A DNA stretch of 64,000 nt from Auanema rhodensis (GCA_964057225.1 OZ059895.1:8308001-8372000), one strand, 5' to 3'; numbered from the stretch's first letter, positions 50,307-63,500 are shown. Numbers and translations are program-made. The notes: generated by a model not told the origin, from the sequence alone.

Positions 50307-53300
50307 TAATATTATTTGATGAAATGTTGTCCTGGAAACAAATGTTAAATTTGATCATTCAAAGTAAAAATGTTGATAGAAATGAGTAAAATGACAAATA
50401 TGATTATAATCCATATATCTACAGTATACTTTTACATTCATCTAATTCATCTTCAAAGCATAATCAGACAACTACGAGAGAGGGAGATGAATAAAGTACC
50501 AGAACGAAATGATAATCATGCTTACGGCACCGTTTTTTGAAGCAAAATGAAGTCTGAGAAGGTGGGACCTGTTGCCTCCGGGAACATAGAAGAGAGGAAA
50601 TAGATGGCTCATGAAGGCAGAATAGGGAAACAAGAAGATAAAGAGAGCGGAGATTGAAAAAAAGAGAAAAATGGGATGAGCATCCAGAGATGAGGATGAC
50701 TTGCCGTTCCGTATTTGCACAGTTGAATAGCTGCTGTTGCCCATACAGAAAACAGTTAACAGGAAAGAAGAGAATGATAGCTGGTTGATATGATGACTGA
50801 GTTTTGATTCCAGAAAGTTCAGAAACATGCCGATGTCATAAATACAAGAGAAAAAAGGCTTCAAAGTTGGAGAAATACACACACATACACACACACCATA
50901 CATGAATACAATACACATAAATTGAGACAGTAAGTGCCGAACGTCATACATACATAGATGATACAATAGCTTATCATGTAAACCATTTTCTGCCGTTTTA
51001 CTATCAAAGAAGCTCAGATATTTAGCTTTTTTTTGACGTCATTATATGTGTTCGTTGAGTAATATTAAATATATATTTATATATATTTATATATAATAAT
51101 AATAATAATAAATAGGATAATCAAATAATATTGAAATATACATATGTTATGATGATTTATATACTATATGTAGGTTGTTTGAGTATGTGAACCTTTTGAA
51201 TCAAACTTACATACAATCATGTATGTTTGTATGTATTTCATGTCATCTCCCAAAAAAAAATGTATTTTTCTACTTTAACAGTTCGGAGATGAATATATTC
51301 CATGTTATGTATTCAAAGTATTATTTGAATCTTTTATGTTTTGAAATTATATAAATAAATATATATATATATATATTTAAGGTTAATATAATATTAATTA
51401 TGTCATTATATAGTTAAATATTCAATTCTCAGATTGAACTAACTAGTAAGATGAATTATATGAGAGATAATAATGAAAGATAGAGATGAGATTTGATTAT
51501 CCTAAACTCATCCTATTCATACAATTTCATCTATCAATATTGACTTTTATGATTAATACATAAATGATCTATGTTATTTTTCAATATTAAAGGACTATCC
51601 CTTGATGATGATGACGTGACTAAAATAACTGAAAAAAGAGGAAAATCTGGAATCTTTATTTAGAAAGTTGTTACAACAGTAAAATTAAACAATTAACCAT
51701 TTTATTGTTTTTATTTTAAAATTATAAATCTATTTATATAAATAGATAGATGGATAGATAGATAGATATCTTTAACTATATACATTTGTATACATAGCAA
51801 TATTTACAATATAGTTATTATTATTATTATTATATTAAAAAGATATTATATAGTTATTCTTTTTCGGTTTTTGTGTTGATAGGTACGGCTGTACTAAGAA
51901 AACAAATATTGTTCAATTTCCTTCATCATTGACTTTTTCAATAATATAGTATAACTATAAGTTATTGTATATTAACTATATATATCTAGTAATAAGAGAT
52001 GTCAGTTTGAATTTTGAGAATCTTATAACGATATAAGATGAAGAAGATCCGCCACACAGTATTATGAATGATCTATTTAGTGGAAATGCCAGCTCTTTCT
52101 AGATATGTTTGTCTTTTCCCATATTGAATATGAGACCGTACAAATAGAACTATCATAGGGGGAATCTCTTTGAACGGACACCATGCTGTTGGAAGAGAGG
52201 AAAGAGACGAACAGAGAGAGAAGGTAAGCTATGTTGATTATGTGATGCGCATGGCTACTACCAGAATCGTAGCTTTATCCCCCCCGTGTTAATAGTTCAG
52301 TTATCTTGATGTAAAAGCCAGTAAACGTTTCTTTTCTCTTTTCGAATTCAATTTCTTACTTACTTTCATAGAAAGTAGATTAAAGCTTAGTCACTCATCA
52401 GTATCTCACCTTCTCTTAGATCAAATCACTTTTTTTACCATTTTCAGAATAGTAATCCAACGCGTGGGCTTGTCACGACGCAACGTCATCTGCAAGAAAC
52501 CCGATTGGAGCATTTTCTCGTGAGACTTTCGACGTTGTGAACAGTTCCTTAGATGGCTCAATCTATCTCATGTTTGTCTGTTTTATGATTCATATAGTCT
52601 TCACTCCTTGCCGTCGATTAAGTCCAAGATAGTCTTATTCACAAGTAAAAATTGAATAGTTAGCTGTACTACATCTAGCCAATTCTCCTATATATCTAAG
52701 GTTTGTAATATTTTTATAACTTTTTATAAATAATTTGATTAATCCTTTTCGTTAAATATATTATCTATAAACATATTTATCTCTTCGTTTATCCTCAAAA
52801 TTATCGAAATTTTACGGGGTCCGGATTGTGAGCAGTTCACACGTTATCGTTCTTCCAATTTATAACTCCCAATACAGAGAACGAGAAGTTTTTGCACAAC
52901 GCAGTCGAGCTCTTCAGATCCGGAAAACTGCGTGAGAGAATGATTTTCCCAGAAGCTGTACATATAGCAAGCATTCAACGTTTGCGTCTTCATCATTCCA
53001 GCTTTCGGCTTTCAAAACGTTTTTACTTTCCAATCACTGACATAAGCTTCTACTATCACACCACTACCTTCTGAATTCATCATTCGGCATTCACGTAATT
53101 TCTAATCCCACCTTCTACTTCTTCTTCGGCATCATCTGCCTCAACATCTCTGAGGGCAGAATTAGTCATTGACATTGGCGTCTCCAAGTCTTTTATCTGC
53201 CGGTGACGACGACGAAGCTTATTCTGTATTTGAATCCGAATGCATGGAAGTTCAACCGGGGATACGTGTTGATCAGCACAAATCCGGAGGTGGAGGAGCA

Positions 53301-53431
53301 CGAGTAAGCACTGCTGCCCGAATACCTAGGTGAACTCAGCCGAATCCTGAAATATTTAAAATTTCAAAGTTTTAGATGACAATAATAATAATATTTATAC
53401 ATTTAAATTAATAAATTTGTATAATTTCAGA

Positions 53432-54535
53432 ATGGTTTTCGCTGAAATCGTTGGAACATTATCATTTCTGCAGCCTCAAGCTGATGACGATATATCCGAT
53501 CGTTTACATTATTATTATACAACAACATTTCTTCTATTAACTGCTGTAAGTAGAATATATAATATTATTATTTATTATTTATAATAATAATTAATATAAT
53601 AATAATATTTTAAAATAATTAAGGTTTTAATAAGTTTGAAAATGTTTGGTGGACGTCCAATAGAATGTTGGCTACCAGCTGAATATAAAAGTAGTTGGGA
53701 AGATTATACAGGTATTAACTATATTATAAATGTTTTTATATTTATTTTATATATATATATATATAATATTTGAAAATAGAAATGTACTGTTGGGCTCGCA
53801 ATACCTACTTTGCGCCATTTGAATCAGATTTACCTGAAGTTGAAGATCGTGGCAAAACAATGGTTAATATAATATTTTATAAATAAATAAATAAATAAAT
53901 AAATATATAAAATATAATAATTATAGGTTGCCTATTATCAATGGGTTCCATTTTTCTTAGTTTTTGTTGCTTTTATGTTTTATGCTCCATGTCTTTTATG
54001 GAGAATATTATACGATAAATCAGGAATACGATTGAAAGATATTATGAATTTTGCTAATGATAAAGGAAATGTACAACCTGGTTAGTATAATTATACAAAA
54101 ATAAATATAATAAAATATTATTTTAGCTACTAGAAAAGCTAATATAAATGGATTAGCTGCTCATTTATCATCAGTTTTTAAACACAGATTCCGTTATAAT
54201 GATCACAGTACAAGCTATAAACGGTATTTTAAATTATTTAAATCATCTAATTATATTAATTATAATTTTATATTTTTACAGTTTGACACAATTTTTAAAT
54301 CGATTACGATTTTTTGAAGCATATTTGACATATTTGTATTTAGGAATTAAATCATTGTTTTTGCTCAATGTTTTATTACAAGTATATAATTTATATATTA
54401 TAATTTATATTTTTTTATAATATTTTAGATGTATTTGTTAAGTAAATTTCTTAAAATGGATTCACAAGGATTTTATGGTTATGGAATTTTCTGGGATTTA
54501 GTTCGTGGCGAAGGTTAATTATAATATTTAATTAT

Positions 54536-54574
<39 letters not shown>

Positions 54575-55631
54575 TATATTTAAATTTATAAATAATAAAA
54601 TATTTTATAATTTAGGTTGGAAAGAATCTCCAAACTTTCCTGTTGTAACATATTGTGATATGCAAATTCGAATATTAGGTCATGTTCAAAGACATACAGT
54701 ACAATGTGTACTTGTTATAAATATTTTTACAGAAAAGGTAATTATTTGTTTTCTTTTCAAATAAAAAAAAATTTATATTTAAACAGATTTTTATATTGTT
54801 ATGGCTTTGGTATACATTAGTTGCAGTTATTACATTTGGTAGTATAATGTCATGGATATTTAATTCTTTACCATTTGATCAACGTCAAAAGTATTTTTAA
54901 ATTTATTTATATATATATATATATAGTTAAATATAGTTAAATATATAGTTATATTAATATTTTATAGATTTATTACAAGACGATTAGAATTAGCTGATGT
55001 TGAGTTTAAGCCACGTGAACGACAATTAGAATTAGAAGAGGTACATATACATCTGTATCTACATATATAGATAATATAAAATTATTATTTATTATAGTTT
55101 GTTCGTGATTTTATTAAAATTGATGGAATTTTTGTACTGAGAATGATTACAATTCATTCTGGAGTATTAATATGCACAGAAGTTGTAGATACTATGTGGG
55201 ATCAATATTTAACTGAACAAGGTTTATATCTTATTATTTATAAAATATTTAATTATACTATATCATATTAATAGTTAACACAAATATTTTGGTTTTAATT
55301 CATTTTTCTAACATTTCCTTTTATATTCCAGGACATCAAATTATAGTCTCCTTATTGGATAGTCAGGGTAAGGTGATACTACTATATAAAGGAGAAAATA
55401 TATAATAATTTTATATTTTATTAGTTATATTATATGTTATAATTAATTTTAATTATTTTAGGAAAACCAGAAGATATTGAAAAAGATTTGGATCGTTCTC
55501 CATCAGCTGGAGGTATTTCATTCGATCATCATGGTCGTGGACGTAAAACATCGGTTCTGGTACCTTTGGTCTCACGAGAAGATTTAACACAGACTCCCGA
55601 ACAGTTTTTACGACCACCTAGTCGTATGTAA
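53432..55631 (+). CDS. inx-2: Innexin gap-junction protein
   Basis: MVFAEIVGTLSFLQPQADDDISDRLHYYYTTTFLL, GRPIECWLP..YCWARNTY, innexin signature YYQWVPFFL, FPVVTYCD..TVQCVLVINIFTEKIF; N-terminus matches recalled C. elegans INX-2. Confidence 0.88.
54539..54570. repeat. (AT)16 microsatellite in an innexin intron
   Basis: Direct reading of the sequence. Confidence 0.9.
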
Positions 55632-55756
55632 AAAAATATTAATATTTTGAATTGAAAATACTTGGATGCATTAAATTTTTATGATATTTTTTATAATGAT
55701 AAATATGTTGTTGCATTTTCTGATTTAGAACTATCGCTTTAATCTTTGTTAATGTG

Positions 55757-55828
55757 TCCTCGGTAGTATAGTGGTGAGTATCCGCGTCTGTCACATGCGA
55801 GACCCGGGTTCAATTCCCGGCCGGGGAG
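55757..55828 (+). tRNA. tRNA-Asp (anticodon GTC)
   Basis: TCCTCGG/CCGGGGA acceptor stem, A box TAGTATAGTGG, anticodon loop CTGTCAC, B box GGTTCAATTCC; 72 nt. Confidence 0.98.
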
Positions 55829-55832
55829 AATC

Positions 55833-55848
55833 TTTTGTTTCTTTTTTA
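55833..55848 (+). terminator. RNA polymerase III oligo-T terminator of tRNA-Asp
   Basis: TTTT four nt after the tRNA 3' end, followed by further T runs. Confidence 0.7.
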
Positions 55849-56412
55849 TATTCAGTTTCTCTTTGAAACTTTAAAAGTAAAGATTAAAAGATTATTTTTT
55901 TAAAGAACTAAATGGAATAAACAACCGGTCAGAGAAAATTTTTAAAACAAATAAAGTTTTTACGTGAAAATAAAATTATAAAAATTTAATAAACAAGAGA
56001 AATAATTTAAACAAAGAATATTATATTATATAAACATTTCATGAAAAATGTATAAAATTATAAAATAAAATAAATAATTAGAATATAAAAGAACAATGTA
56101 ATATTATACAAATAATAATTTTTAATTAAATCAATATTTAAACGATTAATATAATTTTTTTTTAAAAATTTAAAATATAATTGAAATACTAGAAAAAAAA
56201 TTATAATTACTTAATATTATATTTGTTTTATGATAATAAAAAATATTCTGTATAGCTTCTGTATAAATAAAAATTGAAATTTCTTAGCTTTTCATGTTTT
56301 GAATGTTCATAACTATTCAACATTTGTCTGTTGTGCTTATATATGCTAGCATATATGTAACTAGAAATGTGTGTGAGGAGAATGGAGTAGAAGGAGGTGG
56401 GAGGCGTTTGTG

Positions 56413-56426
56413 GTCGTCATGGTACC
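56413..56426 (+). promoter_or_regulatory. Candidate X-box (DAF-19/RFX site) upstream of arl-13
   Basis: GTCGTCATGGTACC matches GTHNYYATRRNAAC at 13 of 14 positions; about 305 nt upstream of the ATG of a ciliary gene, in a local GC-rich patch. Confidence 0.6.
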
Positions 56427-56730
56427 CACCTAAAACCTTCTATATTATTTCTCTTTTCCTTTCTATTTTTCTTCAATTTTGAAGCTGATAATATTTTGGT
56501 TTAATTAAAATTATGTATATAGATAGATAAATATATTCATATTTATATAAACTATCTTATAATATACTTCAATAAAAATTTTTATTTATTTTTTTTTATA
56601 ATTCTATTTTAAAAATATTTATTAGCTTAATGATATTTGTTATTGTTTTAAAAATTTCATTTTGAAAATATTGAAATGTCTCATTGTTATGTATATATAA
56701 TAATATTTAAATTTCAACAACTAATGAAAT

Positions 56731-58538
56731 ATGATTGTAGAGAAACGACAGTTAATCTCATGCTGGATGTGGTGTTGTTGCCAACCTCGCCCACCTGTTG
56801 TTCGGTAATTATATAGAAGAAAGCTAATTTTTAATTGATAATTATATTTAATTTAGTGAGATTAAACTAGTATGTGTAGGTGTGGATGGTGTAGGAAAAA
56901 CTGCCATAATTAAAACAATTAAAGGAGGTAAAATGTTTAAAAGTCTTTTTTTTTTAATTTTCTTTTTCTTTTCAGATGACTACAGAGATGTTCTACCAAC
57001 AAATGGCTTTTCAGTTATTGAATTCCCTTATAGTAAAGCATTTGATATTAAAGTTTTTGATTTGGGTGGAGGAGAACGCATTCGTGATATTTGGACAAAT
57101 TACTATGCCGAGGTACCTCGTCATAAGCTTTCGCTCTTCATATATTTCTATTAAGGTACATGGAATTGTATTTGTTGTGGATTTAACTGATCCAAATCGA
57201 CAAGATGAAGTTTGTTACTTTTTCTTCTTTGATAACTTTACAATTTTCATTTGTAAAATACATCGATATATAGCCTTTCATTTGAATCATTTTCAAATGT
57301 TTCGCTAGATACAACTCAATTATGCCCTTTTTTCACGTTGCGAACAGAGTATTGCAACATAATAATCAATCTAATAGCTTAGTATTCATATTGAAATGTA
57401 TCAAATACAAATTCTTTTCAGACATATCAATGTATTCGAAATTGTATAGAAAACAGAGATACATTTGGAAAGCCTTTTTTGTTTGTAATGAACAATGTGT
57501 CCGGAGGCGATATAGAAGATGTCGATTTTTGTTTAACGGTAAGTTGAAAGAAAAAAAATAATAATATCAAATATAATATATATTTAAGGCTAATTTGCAC
57601 GAAACATGCGAAAGAAATCATCAATATCCCTTCGTGACTCATTTACGTAAAATGACTCATTATAAACCTTTAGCTGTCAATAAAACAACTATTCAAAGAG
57701 TCAAAGCACAGCCTATTCCATTATTACAACAATTTCGAGATTTTGCAGAAAAAGTTTGAACCTTACCGAATATTCTATATATCTTTTTTTCAAATTTTAG
57801 ATCATAGAACAATATGTGCAAATATCCGAAGGGGTGCGACAAGCAGAAGTACGCCTACGAATACGTCAGCAGGAAGCAAGAGATGCTCGAAAGTTACGCT
57901 TAATGAAGATGGAACATGAGCAACGGAAGAGTGAAATTAGTATTATGGAAGGATATACGGTTTATACAATACCTAACAGGTGTTTTATACTTTTTGTTTC
58001 AATATAATTATAATAATATAGAACTGAAGAGCAACCCATAGCCATAATAGAGGAAGTACCGCTAGAAGAAGGTAGCCAAACATCCGCTCATTCCCTAACT
58101 CAACACAATATAGAAAATCAATATGTGGAACCTAACATAAATCCTTCTCCTTCTGATACTGTAGCGTCTCCAACTGGTGACGCATCATCAGCATTATCAT
58201 CAGATGTATTCGAACCAGACAATACAAAAGAAGCAAAAGCTGGAGCAGGCACGCATTCATCGAAAAAAATGGCTCACAACAAAGTGGTTCCACTAAATGA
58301 AGGTAATAGACAACAGAAAATTTGATTTGATCTCTGTTTTTACAGAAATAGATACACTCACAGTATCTTCAGATATCAGTACCGTAAAAGCGAATGGAAT
58401 TAGTAACGGTATAGCCTCTTGTGTAACATAACTCATTTCAACATTTCAGGAAAACGTCTTTCAAGCCGTATGGATAGAATCAAAATAGCTTTAGCTTCAC
58501 AAAAAGCTGCTCAACAACAGTTTCTACACGAAGCTTAA
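56731..58538 (+). CDS. arl-13: ARL13B-family ciliary small GTPase
   Basis: MIVEKRQLISCWMWCCCQ (palmitoylation Cys cluster), P-loop GVDGVGKT, PTNGFS, G3 DLGGG without the catalytic Gln (ARL13 hallmark), IWTNYYAEVHG, coiled coil SEGVRQAEVRLRIRQQEARDARKLR, Pro/Ser-rich tail. Confidence 0.93.
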
Positions 58539-59069
58539 AACATTTTTCTCTTTCTCTGTTGACATATCAATTTAGACAATTTCCTGACGGATCCCCTGCT
58601 CATTTAGCGTGCTAAATTATTAAATTTTGTTCTAATCATACATAACTATTCAAAGATATGATTGAAATTGTATATAAAATGAAGTTCGTATCGAATTATA
58701 CACCATCATTGCAGCTCATTGCGTACTACGTCATATTTGTTGTTCAAATTATTCAAATAAAATTAAAAGAAAAGCGCCAGTTTCATAGTTTGTGAAAACA
58801 GAGTTATAGAAAACCAGTGCTTAATAACTGCACAAAATTTAAAAAATAGGAACACGCATTCTGATCATGATCGCTGACCTACTTGTAAATGGAGAGAAGG
58901 CGCAAATCTTATAGCAAAAACAAGCTTATGCTATAATATATTATGAATAAGATATTAATCAATGTGTAAGAATAAATTAGGTTAGATTTGGGAGTGAGAT
59001 GTTTAAATAGATTTGAGATCAATATGAACACGGGAAATGATAAGATCAAAGATATGAACAATAATCTAT

Positions 59070-60296
59070 CTATGTTCTTTCTTCGGCTTCAATTTCATCC
59101 AACACTACCGCACCGGCTTTACAAAGCTTTTGACGAATCCAACGAAGTGTGGCCCAATCAGTGATTGCTTGCATACAAACTGAAATGATATTTCATCTCA
59201 TGAAACAATTTCAAAAGAATACAAACCATTTCCAAATGATCTAACAGATCCTCCCATTATTATATGAGAATGAATTATACAAGCCATCAAAATGATAAAT
59301 TGCAAAGTTAGAGCCTGCTTCTGATAACCAGCACTGCTGCTAAGACTCTAGAAAACAATTATCATAGTCAACTATTATGTTCATATAGATATCCGAATAA
59401 AAAAAACATACGATGGCTGATACAAGATAATGAGATCCAATAGCTGCTGCTCCAGATGTGAACCAGTTAGAATTGGTTGAAAAACGATGGCAAGAATCCC
59501 AAATCTTAAATAATTAGATTGAAGAAAATAAAAGAGGGTATATGGAATACCATGATAACCCAGGTTATATGGAATATAGTAAGGAACATAGCTGATAAAG
59601 CGTAGTAAAGCGGAAGCAATTCTCCTGCACGATTAACATCTGCAGAATTATCCTAAAAAATTTAAATTATAAAATAATTATAATTGATAATAATACTCTT
59701 AGAGCTGCAGGGAGACCAATACTACCATCACTAAAGAACTCAGCAAATACGTTCATGGTGTAGCATAATGCAGCAATAACGCCCATTCCTAATCCACAAA
59801 CCTTAAAAGAAAAAAAAAATTAAAAATGAAAAGAAAGATGAATACCAATGCAAGCATATGTCGAGAATTATGTAAATCAGCAATTACATTGCCTTCTCCA
59901 GTATTATCACCCGAATGAGCAATCTTATTCAATCCACTAAAAGCATACTTTATAAGATTAGAAAGAATAAGATATAATCTTTACCTTTGAGATTTCTTTA
60001 ATATCCAGAAATAAAAGACTTTTGCTGCTTCTTGATAAGCGATTGAAATAGCTACAGTAATTGGAATAGAATCAACAAACATGGAAATAAAAATCCATGT
60101 GAAAGAAGATAACAACAAAGAAACAAGCCACATAAAAGCTCTAAATAAAGAATTGAAAAATTATTGAACTATCATAAACTTACCCCAATACAAACAAGAT
60201 AATTCTTAACGCATCAGGAGCAACAAACCGGCAAAACAAAGCAAACGATGGCGAGAAACCCACCAGGTAACAACCCAGTGTTAGAAAGAGACCCAT
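59070..60296 (-). CDS. aph-1: Gamma-secretase subunit APH-1
   Basis: MGLFLTLGCYLVGFSPSFALF..LRIILFVLGAFMWLVSLLLSS, YQE, LALVCGLGMG (GxxxG), conserved His in FHITW and SHYLVS; multi-pass membrane protein. Confidence 0.95.
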
Positions 60297-60572
60297 ATCT
60301 AATACTATTTCATGTATAATATTCTCTATTGTACGAAATAAAAATAATTATAAGATTTAAACCATTGAATAGAAATCTTAAAAAATGTAATAAGCAAACG
60401 TTTTATCTTATATTAACAAAAAAAATGTCATATGCTATATAAAGACCGGTACCATAACTACTTGTAAACAACAAAGAGAAATAAAGTAATAGGTATCACA
60501 TATAAAGCATTATTATCACGAAGCGACCACAGGGCACACACATTATTGGCACAAAGAAGAAAAGAACATAAC

Positions 60573-63500
60573 TCAGTTGACTTTGGCATAACTAGGAGGT
60601 GAAAACTTTCTTCTTAATGCTTTAATAACATAAAGAGGGAGGCATGAGATAGCAGTAATAGCCGTAGTCTTGGAAATGAACACCCAGGAAAGCACAAATT
60701 GTCTGTCAAAGTATTGATCAAAAACGACCAGTGAGACAGCATACAATCCTAGTGATAAAGCCTAAAATTCGTTAAACTTATTTGAACTTTCTTGCAGCGC
60801 TTACCTGTGCCAATAACATTGCCCAATGCCAAGTATGTACAGTCATTGCAACCATAATGAGTTCAGTTACAATGAGGGCGGAGAAGGAAATGGAAACAAC
60901 GTGAATGAAGTCGGCATCGAAGACGAGAAGGGCACCATACATGATTACTGCACCTGAAAAGAAACAAAAAATGAAAATATGCAACAATATAAAATACCTT
61001 GATAGAGACTGATAAGTACCCATATGCAGAATGTTTTATATGATAATGAACGCCCTTTTCCCAATTCTTTGTATAATTCCGGGTAAGTTAATGCATTTGT
61101 GGCTGTAACATCTCTGTCGACAACTAAAGAAAATACGGGAAGCATAGTATAGGCTGTTGAATAGCTGTAAGAAGGTTAAATGAGATTATAGGAAATTTAT
61201 GCTCTAAAACTTACGCGACCATGAGAACACCTTGGTACAACGAAACAGAAGCAAAGTAAAAGACGCACGAGAAAATGGCTTGCATAGTAGAAATGATAAG
61301 ACCTCTGTATATTAGAAAATAGAATAAAATAAAAATATATAACTACCTGTGCATGACGAATTGGGACAAGGCACATGAACGTTTGTAACAGAATCTTCCG
61401 TGAACAAGTAGAAGACGACATACGTGAGAAAATTGAGTTATGGAGAAATCAGCAGCAAGTGAGGCTTGCTTTCCTACAATCAAAATAAATAAATAAATAA
61501 ATAAATCTAAATGCCATACCTTCGTTGGCATCTATTCCAATACCGGCATGAGCAGCTTGAATCATACTAACATCATTTCCACCATCACCAATAGCAGCAA
61601 CACGAAGGGGAGCACGGTATTTCTTCAAAAGTTGAACAATTTGAGCCTTAAATAAATGTTATTTGATTTATCATATTGTAAGAATATCTGTACCTTTTGT
61701 TCTGGGGAGCATCTACAACAGACGACAGCAGTGCAAGCACAAACAAGCTCAGCAACCTGGAAATGAAGATATCATGATCCATGTTACAAAATGAATAGGT
61801 TTACCTCAGCCTCATAATATTGTAAACATACATTAAGAGCACTACCTTGCATAACAAGTGCAACATCACTTTTTCTAAAATAAAAAATTTAATAATTTTG
61901 AAAAAAACTTGAACAAACCTTCTTAAAGCATTCAATTCATTATGCGCATCTGTTCTATTTTGAACCGGTCCGAATACATGTACATTATCAGTTCTACTGA
62001 ATAATCCTAAAAACTATTACCATTAAAATTAATAAGAATCAAAGAAATTACCACTCGATTTAGCAATACAAATTGCAGTTTCGAGTTTATCTCCTGTAAG
62101 CATCCATATCTTAATTCCAGCATTTCTGAGTAATTCCAAAGATGTTGTTACTTGATCCTACAAAAAAAAATTAAAGTCATCAAATGCTTCAAATATCTAC
62201 CTGAAGACGATCTTCGACACCAGTAAGACATAAGAGCTGAAGATCCTTTTCCAATAAGCGGTTAACAACACTAGCCATACTTGCTGTACGATCCGAAATC
62301 GACATCTATTTTGAAAAAATGTAAATAAATTTGAGAAAAAATTACATACTTTAGCGGTATGATAAGCTCTGTCAAATTGTTCAAGTTCGGCAAGAGATAA
62401 GACTTTTTTGGCAACTACCAATGTTCTTAATCCTGAATAAATATAAATTTTGATGATCGTGATCATGATCGAAATATTCGAACCTTCACGAGCCATATTA
62501 CTGCATTCCTCTTCCAACCAATCATTATATTGGACCATACCAGCCATAACTGTATCTGCTCCCTTCATCAGAAGAGAAATTTCATCTGTGGTTTCATCCT
62601 TAATAATAATACCCATTCGTTTCGTTTCGCTAGTAAATGGGAAAAGATGTAAAATCTAAAAAAATGAGAATCATAAGCAAGTTTAAAATCAAATAATAAC
62701 CTGGAATTGTTTTCTTTGTCCATTAGCAAGTTGTACTTGAATCAAGTGTAGGTCTCTACTGGCCAATCGAACGCCAACGGTTTCAGTCCAACGAACGAGA
62801 GCAACCTCATCAGGACTAGCAGCTTGGTATGAAACACTTCCACCCTCCATAATAGGAGTTACATTGTGACACAAAGCAATTGCTTCAACAGCAGTCTGCA
62901 GTTTAGCAGAAAATGAATGTCTTGAATAGAGCCAAAGTTAATACTCAAATTTAAAATTTAAACTACTTAGCCAATTTCCCAGCATAAGCGCTTGCAACAT
63001 GTTGAGCAACTTCTTCAAAAGCATCAGAACTGAATGCCACTGTTCCAAGATGAATCTAAAAAAATAACTTGTTTCCGAAAGAGCAACAGAACTTACCTTT
63101 TTAAAGTGCATCTCATTTTTGGTTAACGTTCCAGTTTTGTCCGATAATAAAAACGATATTCTTCCTAATTCCTCAGGTATAGTTGAAGACCGTACCACCG
63201 TCTCCGGTATATTCTTATCTCTGCCAATTTGCCAGGAGAAAAACAACTTCAAACAAAAAAATTATAAACAAATAAAAACTGAGAACAAACTTTAGCCATA
63301 TCCAAATTTACACGAAGAGAAATAGGAATAATATAGGAGAATAAGAGAATGAAACGCATCAAGTATCGGTACCAATTTTGATCAATTCCTTTCATAACTA
63401 CCATTACAGAAGCAAGAACCATGACGAACAAGAACAATAATTTAGTTAAGTTATTAACCTTTAAATAACAAAAAATAGAAAAACAACAAAAAATTAATTT

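Noticed and set aside
50472-50966. 164-aa minus-strand ORF upstream of the astacin
   Set aside because: Low-complexity (CVCVC, F/L/S-rich); the astacin has its own signal-peptide exon at 50306, so this is likely 5' noncoding sequence
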